The translations under genes were made by a program, and so were the position numbers. A DNA stretch of 64,000 nucleotides from NCBI GenBank assembly GCA_951406725.2, contig OX597817.1, positions 88,226,001 through 88,290,000 of the forward strand, in the 5' to 3' direction. The notes under the pieces are model-generated. The model saw only the letters and a list, made by a program, of their open reading frames with translations. It had not been told where the DNA came from and did no database searches. This document shows, in pieces, positions 1 to 14,544 of the stretch; within the stretch, counting starts at the first letter, position 1, and the number at the start of each line of letters is the position of its first letter. This stretch comes from Octopus vulgaris. Taxonomy: Eukaryota.

Positions 1-654
1 TTGCAAAGCTGAAAATTTAGATTAGTTCATTACATTACTTAATACTTACGGAAGTGGTGACAAGTCAATAGCTTCACAAGTGCATTATCTAATATTTACA
101 ACAGCTTAAATCTTTGTATTTCTTCTCACTTATCAGTCAATGGCAGTTATTTACTTTTCCTTTTTCAGTTGTTGTCGGCCTTAGAACACAGCTGTATATC
201 TAATTGTTTTATTGTTTGACATTTTTCTCTCTCTTTCTTTTACTCTGACCGACATTATATTTTCTAATCTGCCTTCAGTAATATTATGTCTGAATTTGGA
301 TAAATAATACGTTCCGTTGTTAAAATTGAGGTTCATCACATCTTCGCGACTAAAACTTTGTTCACAGCACTTACTAGGCAATAGGGGCGATGTGTTACGA
401 GGCATTTATTCACTTAACAAGCAATATACACCATATCTCGATAGCACACTATTGCTGCGTTGCACGTAAAATTTCGTCTTGAAATTATTGTCTGTTGATA
501 CTCTTTTTTTTATATGTTTTTAATGTTTTTTTTATATTCAGGGATGTTGTCTAATGAACTTTAGCCTTTACCCTATCCTTTTGGTGATGTTATTGCAATT
601 AGGTATACAGTTAAGATGATGCTATTGCTCTTAGCAGTTTGCTCATTTTTGTTT

Positions 655-714
655 TCAACCAACAGAATGCAAAATGTCTCTTTTCGAAGAGGCTTTTTGC
701 ATTCTGTTGGCTGA
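655..714. repeat. Isolated ~60-nt near-perfect hairpin
   Basis: CCAACAGAATGCAAAA (659-674) pairs with TTTTGCATTCTGTTGG (695-710); inner GTCTCTT-TTCG-AAGAGGC. Confidence 0.8.
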
Positions 715-1418
715 CCGACGAGGTGAAATTTTTGCAACAAGAGTAGTTAACCCTTGAAGTATTTTTGTAGAATAGTCTACACTATCTGTGCTCCCAGGGG
801 AAAATGTCTCGATATGTTTATGAAGTCCGTAGCTATATTAGTCTTTACAATCATAATGAATGTCGGCTTAGACCACGAAGTTTTCTTTGTTCTACTTCTA
901 CGAGATCGCCTTCACGTAATGGTTTTTGTCTAGTTTTCTTATAGAAGACAGGTTTATAACGACTGTCTTCACCAAGATACAACGCTTCGCTTTAATCAAT
1001 TTTAAGTAAAATGGAAATAAAATTCTCGCTGTTGTTCTAAAAGTTCACTTCCATCTGAAGACTGATTATGTGAAACTTGGAGTTAACAATCTGAGAAGTT
1101 TTTCAGCTTTAATAAAACGCAATATTAAATTCTACCTTCGATATTCGAGTACTATTTTTCTCACCTTGTTTTTGCACCTATGAGCTTCTCCATATATATA
1201 TATATATATATATATAACTTCTCTTTCGCGCGCTCTCTCTTACTTTCTCTCATCCACTCACACACATACAGATACACGCACCCATGATTACAACCATTAT
1301 TTGCAATCGGCGTGACTTGGTCGCATGCACAATGCATTTGCTAAAAATTTTGATTGTCTTTGTAATCGTGAGCAGAGCATGACGCCATTTCAGCCATGTG
1401 TGCGCGCGCGAGTATGAA

Positions 1419-1459
<41 letters not shown>

Positions 1460-2995
1460 CAGACAGACAGACTGATAGACAGACGGACAGACAAAGACAG
1501 ACAGCGAAAAAAAGGAGAGAGATGACGGGGAAGACAGAACCTTAAAATCTCTGTGGAATCAACATGGCAACAAAATTAAAAATCTCATTTCGTCAAACTC
1601 CAGGATACGACACCACTGCGTGACAGGTGCGCTCGGTTCAACCTAAGACTTTTGAATGAAAGTGGGTGAGTGGAAACTATGTGGAAGCCCATGGGATGGA
1701 ATTTACTTGTTTAAGTTAAAGGTCGACATGTGAATTACTTTAAGAATACATGCATCTGTGGAATACTCAGCCAATTATATGCTAATTCAATGAGTATGTT
1801 TTTTTCAATTGATGGAAAACTTATCGTCGAAACTGGCGGAGCGCCATTCCTTGTTTACATTCAGAAAAAACATGGAGAGATTCACATTTGAACCGCGTCG
1901 ATAGAATATTGTGAAAGGTTTGGTGCTGTTATTGTGTGTGGACTGTTCCAAACTGTCGATGAGGTTTGTACTCTCAACTTCAAATTTCGCTTCTCATCGA
2001 TATTTGAGGGGATCCAGAGTGTTGGGAGTTTGGGGAACAAAGGTGCGGTCCAAGTATTTGAAATGGGGTTAGACAAAGTACGAACAATGAGGAAAAACGA
2101 GAAGAGAGAGGGAGAGAGAAAGAGAGGGAGAGAAAGAGAGAGAGAGAGAGAGAAAGTAAGAGTTGGTAGTCAGCTTAGATCACTTTGTTGAGTTGATGGC
2201 ACCCCCAGAAGTTTTCGCAGTTAATGGCTAAGTGCATACAGTATGAAGTATGCTGGTTTGGAATGATGAATCCAGGAGGTGTTATATTTAGTCAATCGCA
2301 TGTAATTCAAAACCTAGAATAGTGAGAATTAAGTTTTAGTTTGATATTTTGCAACCCTAAAGATTCAAATTGCGCATTCACAACAAACGAGGCACAGGGC
2401 CTAACTTTAGGTCGTGTGGTTGTATTTTTACCCACTCCATATTTACACACAGCCAGTTATACGTCGCTATGAGTAGAGCAACGGACTCCAGTAATTTGAA
2501 AATTAGTGTCGACCAAACAGAAAATATCGTCTACAAAGAAGTTTGGTAAGCATATTGATATAATCGAAAGGAATATGATTTATAATTTAAATAAGGAAAT
2601 TTGTGAACTTTGAATGTATAAGAGTATAAACAAACGTAAAATAGTGTAAACAGCTAAAATAAAAGTATACCTAAATAACATTTTTTCCTGAAAACTCTTT
2701 ATGTAGTGGTCGAAGGAATCTCTGGCTTTCGTTAGGAGTAGTCCATATAACCATTCATAATACAGAGGCTGAGAGCCTATTTCAGTTCGGGAGTGAATCA
2801 TCATCACACATCACTTGGTCTCAAATATGTCATATAGGCTGCAATAGAATGCTATATCACCAACAATAATGTGATATCTCTAAGACATCACTCAGTAATC
2901 TATCAAGTCCATTTATACATTTCTCAATACATACAGCTGCTATGAATTTCCTCCTTCATCTTATGCCTCCATCGTAGATGGATAAATTTGCTAGT

Positions 2996-2996
2996 G

Positions 2997-3087
<91 letters not shown>

Positions 3088-3140
3088 ATGTGTACGTGTC
3101 TGTGTCTTCGTATCTGTGTTTATCTCCCGCCACCGCTGGA

Positions 3141-3200
<60 letters not shown>
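2996..3200. repeat. (TATC)n and (TA)n microsatellites (representative of dozens in the window)
   Basis: Direct tandem repeats; these generate the spurious YLSI/YIYI/CVCV/HTHT ORFs. Confidence 0.95.
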
Positions 3201-3205
<5 letters not shown>

Positions 3206-3468
3206 TACTATTAATAAATGTCTGGTGTGTGTTGCGTACCGTTACAAATAAACGAAAAAATGCATTGTAAATAAACAAGACATTTAAAAGCCGTATACGT
3301 ATAAGACACAGAGGGTCCTTAATTCTTCATCAGTTATCAACCAGAATGGTAATGCGAAACTGAGTATTACCATTCTGGTTGATAACTGATGAAGAATTAG
3401 GGCCTCTCTGTGTCTTATAGGTATACGATTTTTTATCTGTCATTGTTTATTTACAATGCATTTTTTCA
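3201..3468. mobile_element. Non-coding fold-back element in (TA)n, probably PLE-derived
   Basis: Inverted arms ~3254-3355 / 3364-3467; left arm ~50 bp longer; (TA)n on both sides; each arm has CTGATGAAG but no downstream GAAA. Confidence 0.6.
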
Positions 3469-5153
3469 TATATATATATATATAACACAAATAAAAAGTG
3501 AAGCATTAGATTTTTCCCAGGTAAATTACATCGTTTAACAGTTTAAAATCATCAAACACAGAATATATTCTTGATAGCAAGAAAGGAAAGCAAGGAGGAG
3601 TCAGATAAAAAAACAAAGAAAAAGTAAAAGAAGGAAAATGAAAGGAATGGAAATATGAGAAAAAACAGAAATTACAAACAGGAAAGATAATTAAATACAA
3701 AATATTCATAGTTGACTGATCATCGTCTGCTTTTTAATGAAATCGAAAGATTCGGGACAAAATTATAATTTCATGAATGTTAAGCGAAAAATAAATGTTG
3801 CCTGCTCCATTCAATGAAGAACTAAATTCGCGATGACAAAAACGGCAAATAATAATTTAGTAAAGCCAGGAATTCTTGGAGAGAACCATTCATTACTAAT
3901 GTCAACATAATTGATACTGGTTTCAAATTTGGGCACAAGGCCAGTAATTTCAAAGAGGGGATAAGTTGATTACATAAACTGGTTCTTATTTTATCGGCCC
4001 TGAAAGGATGAAAGGCAAAGTCGCACTAGCGTAGCTGGGAGGGATGGGGGCAGTAGGGGTGGTCCACCCCAGGTGGCACTTTTAAAGGGGCGACACTTTT
4101 GGGTCTGTTGTAGGCAATATGTGTTTTTTGTGGGGTTCAGGGGCAGCAAACGGAAGGGCCGCCCCGGGGCACGAAGTTTTTTTTCCCATGTGAGTTCCGG
4201 ACCGCAGCTATGAATCATTTGCATACAGCCAATCAGAGCTCAGCTATCAAACTAATTTATGAACGCATAACAAGTGATGGGCGATAAGATAAGGTCACTT
4301 GAATAAGGAATGACCATGCTTCTTTTCTCTTTTAATAATGCTTGTTGTTTTTGTTCTTGTTTCTGCATAATTATTTGTGTTGTTGGTTACTTTGTAAAAC
4401 AGTAAGGGGAAAGATTTGCTCGCACATCACCCTCTACCCACACTTTTCCCATCCACATTTTTAACATATAGGGCCCTAACAGAATCCGATTATAGGTGGA
4501 GATGCAAATCTATCTAATTTCTTGTCTCTTTTTAAAATCAGACATAATTGGCGATCAGTTGACTTACAACACCGTTCTTCGCCTTGAGTTTACTTGGTAG
4601 AGTGTGTTTTACCAATAGATTGGTTGTTTTTAATACATTTACGAATGTTATGTTGGGCTTTGCGTCTAGGCATAAAGACGTGATGAAAAGAAAATATATC
4701 AACGATTTGGTAAATGGTCCTTTGTCAAGATAGATATGATAAGTGAATACTTTTCACACTGCGCTCAGAAAATATACAATAAACTAAGGATATTTACAGT
4801 AACTACAACACTTCATAAAAGATATACAGTAGAATAAACATCTGAAAAAATCTATACAAAATAACTATACTTTAACTTTTATCTTTTATTTGTTTCAGTC
4901 ATCAGACTGCAGCCACTCTGGGGCATGTAAAGAATAATTCATTGGCCTTGATAATATTGCTCAATTCGTTTCTAGACATCAGTATTTCAGGACACCTGTC
5001 TACAGGTTTTGGGGCGAACTGCCTAGCAACAGCCGAATTACTGCTATATAATAGAAGAGGAATTAGGTACGTCGGCAATACACTTACAAGTGATCAGGAA
5101 ACGCGTCAGTTGAATTGAATGGCGGTTTTGGATAAGTATATCAATTTTCTAAT

Positions 5154-5230
<77 letters not shown>

Positions 5231-5309
5231 GTGTTCGTATGTGTGTTTGTGTGCGTGTGTGTACGTTCGTAAGTGTGCAGGTGTCTACACGTATGACTGT
5301 AGGTATGTA

Positions 5310-5354
<45 letters not shown>

Positions 5355-5590
5355 ATGCGTGTGTGCGTGCGTGCGTGCTCGTATGCAAGCACACACACCG
5401 GAGTTCCGAGCTAGCTTCTCAATTTGTTTTGAGAAGCCGATCGAACCCGCTGTCAAATGTGACAAGATTAATAATAATCATTGACACCTAGCACCAAATG
5501 TTTAAACATTACATAACTTTAATCTCTTGTCCATTCTATGAGCTACATAATTCGTTAACCGACTAAATCAATATATTTCGTTACAGCTTG

Positions 5591-5653
<63 letters not shown>

Positions 5654-6090
5654 CTCTCTGACTGTACTCTACCAACTTGAGATGATTTCGAAGTCCAACT
5701 ATACCTCTAACTCTTTCTTTATGCCTCTTACTTCTGCCTGCTCTCTCGACGACTTTCTTACTCACTGGACATATAATTCATATTTAGATTTACCAATTAT
5801 TCTGTGAATGGGAACCACCTTTATATTCTGTAATAAGGATTTAATTTAAACCCATTCAACGGCACTATATTTAAAGGTCAACACATTTCGTGGGAAAGCA
5901 CCCACAAAAATGCGTCACCTCTGCTCGTGAATGATACACAATTTAATACTCCCTCTAAATTCTCGACGAGTTCCAAGGTTACACTAACACGTGTTCACTA
6001 CTTCATGCCTGGAGACGTTGCAGCAAATATTAATTGGACAAATCTCCATCCCATTGTTTAAATGATTTTTGACCGCGTACAATATTTAGC

Positions 6091-6218
6091 CTTCGTCTGT
6101 CTTTATGTTCTGAGTTCAAATTCCGCCGAGGTCGACTTCACCTTTCATCCTTTCGGAGTCGATCAATTAAGTACCAGTAGCGTACTAATCGGGCCTTGTG
6201 CCTAGAGTAGAAAAGAAT
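6091..6218 (+). mobile_element. SINE family A, 5'-truncated
   Basis: GTTCTGAGTTCAAATTCCGCCGAGGTCGACTT..CATCCTTTCGG..AAGTACCAG core shared with other copies in the window. Confidence 0.8.
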
Positions 6219-6447
6219 ATTTAGCCTTGATACCATATTCAGCTAGTCAGAGAATGTCATATTCTACACTAAAGATCAAAGAAAATTTGTGTAAAGTTCG
6301 TTCATCCACATTGTTATTTCCGCCAGTAACATGCGTTTTATTGAAACCAAATCATACAAGGTCGTAGTTGTGACGTCTAATTTTTTCAGTCAATGGGATG
6401 GGTACCTTTCGCACAGAGATAGATAGCCAGCTTACCCAGCCAGCCAG

Positions 6448-6521
<74 letters not shown>

Positions 6522-6891
6522 CAATTGAATATCAACGATTTAGGTGGGAGAAATTACATGTTGGGAGAATTCTGTAAACACAATAACCTATGTGGAAGGG
6601 TCTCATAGGTGTTATATAATGAGTTAAACTTTTTAATTAACTGAGATTATTCAATCAATTAACTGACATGTTGGACCCTAATTACGCGACTAACTAAAAA
6701 GTCTACGAAGCTAACTTTTAGCCAACGCTCTTTTCTCGTTCCACTTTTACAGCCCCCACAAGTTGTAATAAAAGCCGAATAATCATCACATGAACCTCAC
6801 CCTGTAACCATATCGCATTGTACAACCGAAGCTAAAAATCTTTCAGCAGAGCTTTTAGACGAACTTCCTAATTGGCTAATAACACTGTATA

Positions 6892-7766
6892 CAGTAATCC
6901 CTCGCCTAGCGCGGGTGTTACGTTCCAAAACACCCCGCGATAGGTGAAAATCCGCGAAGTAGAAACAGTAGTGTTCTGTTTTGTTTTTTTTTATTTTTAT
7001 AATTTGCATATATTCGTTTTATTATTTTTATATATTTAAGCTTTATAAACTCTTCCAACACTCTTAGGAGTACCCGTGTCTTCTCTTTTTTTGCAGGCAA
7101 GAAACATGGTGATGGACAGTTGCTGGTGCTGCCTATTCTGTGTGAGGAGGTTTTTATAAACCCCCCCATGACTCCCTCGATTGCATTTCTGAATTGCAAC
7201 ACATAAATCATCTGGGGTCCTAATCTTCCGCCATTCTCTGAATTTCTTTTGGCGGCTTAATATCAGCATTCCTTCTCACTTCCTTAAGCATGCCAAGGAG
7301 TCTCATCTCTGCTATAGTAAGCATCTTCCTCTAGCACTTGGGTTCACTGCCAGAAACCTTAGAAAGTGCTCATCGTTTGGGTGACATCATAGGACTTGAT
7401 ATAAATTCACAATTTTACACACAAATGCAAAAGAACACCACAACTCGCCTCCCGAGTTTCGTTTTCCATACAGTATGTACAATTCTATGTTTACTCATCT
7501 ACGGTATACTACGCATTTTCTTTTAATGTATTTTGATTAATGTGTTGTACAGTGCAGTACTGCACTGTATTTTTATTTATCGATTTATTAATTTTTAGGC
7601 GTGAAAATGCTTATTTTACCAATGAAATAATTAAAATCTAAAAATATATAAATACCTATCGGCCGTTATACTGAGGAGTCCACGATATAAATTTACATAT
7701 ATTAGCCAGAAAACCGCGATGTACTGAGGGCGCGATAGGTGAACCGCGATAAGTGAGTGATTACTG
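6892..7766 (-). mobile_element. Tigger/pogo-type DNA transposon, internally deleted
   Basis: TIRs CAGTAATCCCTCGC.. / ..GTGAGTGATTACTG with TA on both sides; minus-strand relic MSPKR*ALSKVSGSEPKC*RKMLTIAE resembles a Tigger N-terminus, plus C-terminal QQLSITMF. Confidence 0.8.
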
Positions 7767-9382
7767 TAACATGATTTTTTGCAACTGTTACTTCCCGTTT
7801 GCTAACCACTTGAAAGTATGAAAAATGGATAGTATTCCCTTAAAACTGCTTTTGTTGCATTTATTCAAACCCCAAAGCATCCCTCCCAACATATGGCTAT
7901 GATGCCCCTCCCCACTACTCTTGCTCATGATCAAAAATGCACATATTGTCAGCCACTAGGGGACATGCTCTAGTGGTTAATGTCAAGCAACGATCAGCGG
8001 ACCTAATCCTGCATTTCACTACTCACAGTTTTCAACTGCTAAACCTTATTATTGCACTTTCTTGATGTATGTACTCTTTCAATGCCCGTAACTCAGATAA
8101 TTCTGCATTTTTCCGGTTGAAATTTTTCGATGACAATACTTAAATTCTTGATTGCAGAACGTATTTAATAAGTGTGTTCGAATACAATGAACACATACTT
8201 TGAATGCTTAAAATTCTTTAACAATGAAACCAAACTTCCACATCAAATTCAGTTGGGACACCCTGAATCACTTATACTTATTTTACAAATTATTATAATT
8301 GAGCCATCGAATTTAGAAATATTTTACAGGTTTCATTGTTTATGTTCGATTACTTTGAATATTCACTTTTGTGTGTCCAATTTCTAATTTTTGCAGACAA
8401 TATCACTTTTATACTTTATTTGACGCGTAAGTAGAACTCATGTCTGGAACTCGTGACATACTTAGATTGTTGAAAAAAAATCGATAATAGGGCTCCTCCA
8501 ATGGATCCTTCTATCTACTACATATTACTAATATTTTATTTAAACAAACCAAGGGAAATAACCTATACCACCTACAGTTTTTAGCGAAGCGATCAATATT
8601 CGATTCTCACGATCAGCCGACCTAATTCTGCATTTCACTACTCAGTTTTGAACTGCTAAACATTATTATTGCACTTCCTTGATTTGAATCTTAAACCTTA
8701 AAGACTTCATTCATACATTTCTATACATACATACTTTTTTGAATGCCCACTACTCTGATAATTCTGCATTTTTACAGTTACACTTTTCCATGAAAGTAGA
8801 TGAATTTTTATTCCACAACGTATTTGTAGTGGCTTCATGCAGGCATAGCTTGTATTCGATCCTCGATTGCCAAATTTCGCCTAACACTTCAACAGCGCTT
8901 TTCTCACGCAACCTCCGACAACCTCCCTCGCGGCCTTGAGTATAATACGCTGACCCTCTGAAAAAGGCAGATTTTATCTGCCTCCCTTTGGGAGTTATAC
9001 AAATCTACAATATAGGATTTCTTCAATTACAATTTACCTGGCATTTTTGAGAGTACAATGCATCGCGTCATGCCAGGTCCAGTTTTTAAAATTTAAACTC
9101 CAATTAAGCAAAATTTACAGAAAACTCACATTCTGGTGTGTGTGTCAAATGCTTTTCTTAGTCTGGTTTACACCACACGCAAACGCACACACACAGTGGG
9201 CAACGAATAAAATGAAAGTAAATAGCGACAGTGATTTGAGGAAGACTAAAGTGAAAGTATTCTGTCTATGACGCTGATAGATATATGAGTAAAATGTATG
9301 GGAAGCTAAGAGCTAAGAGTGAGTGAAAATGTTCTTGGAAGAGAGTAATTAGTAATAAAGTAAACATACACTCATAGATACA

Positions 9383-9416
<34 letters not shown>

Positions 9417-9490
9417 CATACATACACACACACACACACACATACACACACACATACATACACACACACATACATACATACACACATACA

Positions 9491-9522
<32 letters not shown>

Positions 9523-9666
9523 CATACATACATACACACACACACAACACACACACACAGTATTGAAGCTTGAGAACAATCAGATACATTTGCAACACAT
9601 CTGTTGAAAATATTATTGTTCACACACATACATATACATATATACATACAGACAGACAGACAGATA

Positions 9667-9714
<48 letters not shown>

Positions 9715-9719
9715 ATCCA

Positions 9720-10135
9720 GCATGGCCACAACCTCAAGGCTGAAACATATAAAAGAATAACAGAATATAAATGTGTGCAAAGTACAAGAAATATTAATGC
9801 AGTATATGGGGATTGGACAATAAGCGTAAGGCAGTGTCAATGGTGGTTCCAGAAATCCCGAGCCATAAACTACAGCCTAGAAGACGAGCCTCATCCTGAA
9901 AGATCTGTAGAACTCGACAAGGACATCCTGAAAACCCTGGTGGAACAAAATATCATCGTAACTGTTGAGGAACTAGCAGAGAAGCTTGGATTTGGTCATT
10001 CAACCATTCATTGACACCTGTGTGCTATCGGAAAAGTCAGCAAATTGGGTCAATGGGTTCCTCACGAACTTTCCGAGTCTAATTGCATGCAGAGAGTGAA
10101 TGTATGCTTTTCTTTGCTGTCATATCTCACCACTA
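9720..10135 (+). mobile_element. Mariner transposase fragment (HTH region, pseudogenic)
   Basis: INAVYGDWTISVRQCQWWFQK..SLEDEPH..VEELAEKLG, then after a stop GKVSKLGQWVPHEL (mariner WVPHEL motif). Confidence 0.85.
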
Positions 10136-10149
10136 CTGCGCTATGTATA

Positions 10150-10785
10150 TCTATATATATAAAACTGTAGTTGTGTGAGTGTCTGTCCCCTTCGATTTAG
10201 ATTCCTAACTACTCCCACATTTTGCGGTACAGTTTAACCAAATTCGGGTAGCTTATAGTCGTGATTCATATCGAGCCCGTCTGAATATTAGCGCGCGTCT
10301 ACGATGAGTCTACGATTTTAAAAATAATTTAACATCATTTTTTATTCCATTTTAATGCATAATTTTTCGTGTGTCGATGGCGGCGGAGTTGGCGTCCACG
10401 CTCACACCTGCACCTGTGGGGAAGGGAGTGTAAGGAAATCAACGTCGTAATGCGTTGTCAAGGAGACCAGTGTTCTTTTAGAACAACGACTTCATGGCTT
10501 GAAGACACCAAAACAGAAATGGCTAAGAAAGCGTCTACATGAGTCTACGATTTAAAAAAAATTTACCATCGTTTTTTTTCCATTTTAATGCATTTTTTCG
10601 CTATTATATAAGGGAAGTAACTCTCTAAAAATGTCTACGATGAGTCAACGATTTAAAAAAAAATTTACCATCATATTTTTTCCATTTTTAATGCATTTTT
10701 TGCTATTTTTTTGCTATAACTCTCTAAAAATGTTTATATAGTTATTTCCCTTACAAACCCGAGCAACGCCGGGCGATACTGCTAG
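10150..10785 (+). mobile_element. Non-autonomous Helitron
   Basis: 5' TC after A, 3' CTAG before T, subterminal GC hairpin CCCGAGCAACGCCGGG; internal ~100-bp repeats GTCTACGATGAGTC..GATTTAAAAA. Confidence 0.8.
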
Positions 10786-11007
10786 TTATGAATATGGCGA
10801 AAGAAAAAAAAGTATATGAATGCATGCATGGCTGTGAGGTTAACAAGATCGTTAGGTAACAAAGTAGTTCCGAGTTCGGCTTACTGCGTGTCCCCTTGAA
10901 TAAGTATCTTCTGCTTGTGCCTTAGGTTGACCAATATATTGTGAGTAGAATGTAATTGATAGGAACTGTGCAGGACCATATCTCTCTCACACACACACAC
11001 ATGTATA

Positions 11008-11072
<65 letters not shown>

Positions 11073-11136
11073 TTCACTCGTTTCAGTCATTAGACTGCGA
11101 CCATGGTGGAGCACCGCTTTGAATACAAGACAAGAC

Positions 11137-11342
11137 AAATAATGGTCATTGCATATTTTTCTTCATTGTAGGAAGTTTGACTTACAGCTGTTTCGAGTCA
11201 TCATTATAGGTTCGGCCCATTGATCGGTTGAGAACAATTGAACACCGATTGAGTAAAGCTCTCAATAACGAGCCTATGACTACTGGAAATAGCTGTAATT
11301 CAAATTTATTAAATAAAGAAAAATATGTAATAACCATTATTT
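11137..11342. mobile_element. Diverged fold-back element with minimal HHR-like motif
   Basis: Imperfect inverted arms; minus strand reads ATGATGA-CTC-GAAA-CAGCT-GTA (11183-11204) with palindromic stem III; degenerate copy GAAATAGCTGTA in the right arm. Confidence 0.6.
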
Positions 11343-11949
11343 ATATCATGTTTTCTATATCACTCTGTGTAAAAACCAGTATAACTGAACCACAACCATG
11401 GATTTACAAAGTAGGATAGTGATGAACTATAACCTCGCACCCTGCCAACACAAAAGTCGTGGAGTTCTTTTCTAATTGAAACAATATTGTTCGCCTGGTG
11501 AACTAACAGAGCATATGTACACACGTGTGTGTCTGTGATTAAAATGGGTTAGGGTTAGGGTTAACGGATGGTTTTCTCCTACTTTTTAACTCACAAGTGT
11601 GATAAAGATGGCTTACCGCGCCTACCACACTCATTGCTAACCTCAGCCTCGCGGGTCTTCGCGTATTCCTAATTCCTAAAGGCTATTTTCATCGTTGACA
11701 CGCGCGCACACACTACAAAGAAGGAACACTCAGTTTTGCAGCAATGTTAGAGTGGTTGCAGCTACACCCAGTCAGTTTGGCAGCTGCATGGATGACAAAT
11801 GTAAAAAATTTGCTCCAGTGTGGATCAAAGAAACCGGGACATTTTCCGATAGCATCAATGCTGCACAATACTTATGAAGGAAGTGGTATTGTCGGAAGTT
11901 ACCGAAACCGCTGGTCTCTGGATTCAATAGCTACTGGAGGGAATGTCTC

Positions 11950-12440
11950 GCAGGGTCAACACTTCCCTCTCCATCATTTTCCTTCCCAAGTGGAACTTGT
12001 AATAGTTGAAGATGAAGGTGTCTGTTCCCGATACTTTCAGCCGCATCCACTACTCAACATACCCGTCTTCTCATTATTCAGTTGTGCACCTTCAGATTTA
12101 CATTGACATATTTATTTCGTAGTGCCCACCCAGAATATTCTGAAGCACTCCCAGGTACCAAAGTCTGGCGACTGGCCAGCTACGCGTCCTTTTTGCCATA
12201 ACCAAAGATAGAGCCTGCCCAGCATTGTTAAAGGACGGTGGAAGGTTGATCTTTATGAAAGGCTCTGCTGATAGCCGGATGTCCTACTCGCGACAACAGC
12301 TGTTTGCCATACTCCACAAGTCAGCAATGCTCGGACACTGCATACGTGCAGTCTCTGCGATTTCGTCGCTTTATTCGAATTTTGCTCCAGCAGTGCCCTA
12401 TCCTCGGTAACACTGCCAGACCAGGAATTTTTGGAAATGT
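11950..12440 (-). mobile_element. L1/Tx1-like LINE 3' ORF2 fragment
   Basis: Reverse complement aligns by eye to 43830-44260 (e.g. CCGAGCATT.CTGACTTGTGGAGT; AAGTT.CACTTG..AAGGAAA). Confidence 0.7.
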
Positions 12441-12980
12441 ACAGGGATTCTACACCGAAAGTTACTAGAACAAAGCAACTTGCTGATTTTTATTGACACC
12501 TAGCATACCTCCCGAAGAATGTCATCATACTTGCACACCCAATAATGATGTGTGTATATGTGAACTGTCCGTATTAATGTTGAGTCCCTTCATATTCCAT
12601 AACTTATCAGTACAACGAAATAAAGTCGATAAGATAAGTACGAGACACAAAAAATATTCTAGGACGGATATCCTCGATTAAAGGTGGGTAACTGAAATCA
12701 GAAAAGGAACAAAATATAAATGGGAGAGAGGGAGAGGGGGGATAGAAAAAGAATGAGAGTAAAAGAACGAGAGATAGAGAGACAGAGGGAAAGCGAATGC
12801 GAGTGTGTATATGTGCGTTTGAATGTGTGTGTGTGTGTATGCAAATGCGTACGTGCATACCAATCTGTCAAATTGTCAGTCAGCAATTTATAATGCATAC
12901 ACATAGCCACACACGCACACGCGCGCAACACATATGTAATGTAAATATGGGTGTGTACTTGTGTATGTGTATGTAAATGT

Positions 12981-13070
<90 letters not shown>

Positions 13071-13254
13071 TACATATATATATGTGTGTGTTTATGTATA
13101 TGTATGTATATGAGTGTGTGTGTAATGTATATACACACGCACACACAAGTATATACACGCGCGTATATTAATCAAACATTGTTATCAATGTACCCAGATA
13201 TGACGCAATGATGTCAGTTAGGAGACCAAAAACAGTGTCAACCATAAAACGATG

Positions 13255-13321
<67 letters not shown>

Positions 13322-13989
13322 AAATAGTCGTAGCAGCATTAATAATACAAAGAGCTAAAAGCAAACAATTGAAACTACGATAAAATAAAACAAAATTTGT
13401 ATGTCACAATGTAACCTTTGGAAGAAAAGGCCAGGAAACGGAGATCATTGTTACAATTCTTCTAAACATTAACTAGTTTAATCACCCGTCACTTGTGTAT
13501 GACTATGAGCTTGCGTGTGTTAGTTACCCCCATTAACTCGGTTCCTGGAACACACGGTAAGCTAAACTTGCACTTTTGTTGTGGCGCCGTTTTGAATACT
13601 TATTTTCTTTCACCCATTTTACTTCTTTTTTTTTGTTTTTTTTTATATATCGTAGCACAGAAAAAAAAAACCTAACTTACATTATTACCACTGCCATCGC
13701 AATCATTAACATCATTGTCATCATCATCATCATCATCATCACCACCACCACCATCACCACCACCATCACCACCACCATCATCGATTTTTCTTGCATTACA
13801 AGCCGGTTTAGATAGCAACCGTGCGTGTTGATCTGATCCTTCTGCAAGTCTGCATGAAATCTTCTGTTGAAGCCCAAAAACCTCGTGTCTGTTTTTATGT
13901 TTCTTCTCCCATCTTTACTGTATGTATGTATATTTACTATATGTGTATTTGTATATGTATATTTGTATCTTTATGTTTCTATATGTATA

Positions 13990-14024
<35 letters not shown>

Positions 14025-14146
14025 ATATATATATACACACACACATATAATTAACAGAATGAGATAAAAAATCCAAGGCTGTGAATTATTTTCAGAACAT
14101 TTATAAAGAACATTATTCACAGACTTGGATTTTTTATTTCATTCTG

Positions 14147-14199
<53 letters not shown>

Positions 14200-14309
14200 T
14201 GCTAATACACGACCTACGTTGGACTCATTTGTATCGTTATCGAACCTGGAGCTTAACTATAGTTTGTCCATAGCACTTACTCAGCATTACCTGACACCTT
14301 GGGTCTTCT

Positions 14310-14540
14310 TGGCACAGAAACGTTAGCACGCCGGGCGGAACGCTTAGCGGTTTTTCGTCTGTACGTTCTGAGTTCAAATTCCGCCGAGGTCGACTTTACC
14401 TTTCTTTCTTTCTTTCTTTCTTTCTTTCGGGGTAGATAAATTAAGTACCAGTTGCGTACTGGTGTGGTCTAATCGACTGCGCCCCCACCCCCTCAACAAA
14501 AAAATTTCGGGCCTTGTGCCTAGAGCAGAAATGAATATTT
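14310..14540 (+). mobile_element. SINE family A
   Basis: tRNA-like head with B box GAGTTCAAATTCC and family core. Confidence 0.85.
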
Positions 14541-14544
14541 TATA

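Noticed and set aside
9-49. Minus-strand donor/acceptor pair at the window edge
   Set aside because: The implied 41-nt intron is implausibly short and cannot be evaluated at the edge.
1055-1090. CTGAAGA..GAAAC..GTT hammerhead-like string
   Set aside because: Stems I and II do not pair convincingly.
1882-2191. Overlapping 64-aa and 85-aa ORFs in unique sequence
   Set aside because: Non-ATG starts, no recognisable domain, no clear splice sites.
10296-10740. Spaced ~100-bp repeats resembling a CRISPR-like array
   Set aside because: Internal minisatellite of a Helitron in eukaryotic DNA; no unique fixed-length spacers or cas genes.
11545-11563. GGGTTAGGGTTAGGGTTA telomere-like repeat
   Set aside because: Only ~3 units; too short to indicate a telomere fusion or healing event.
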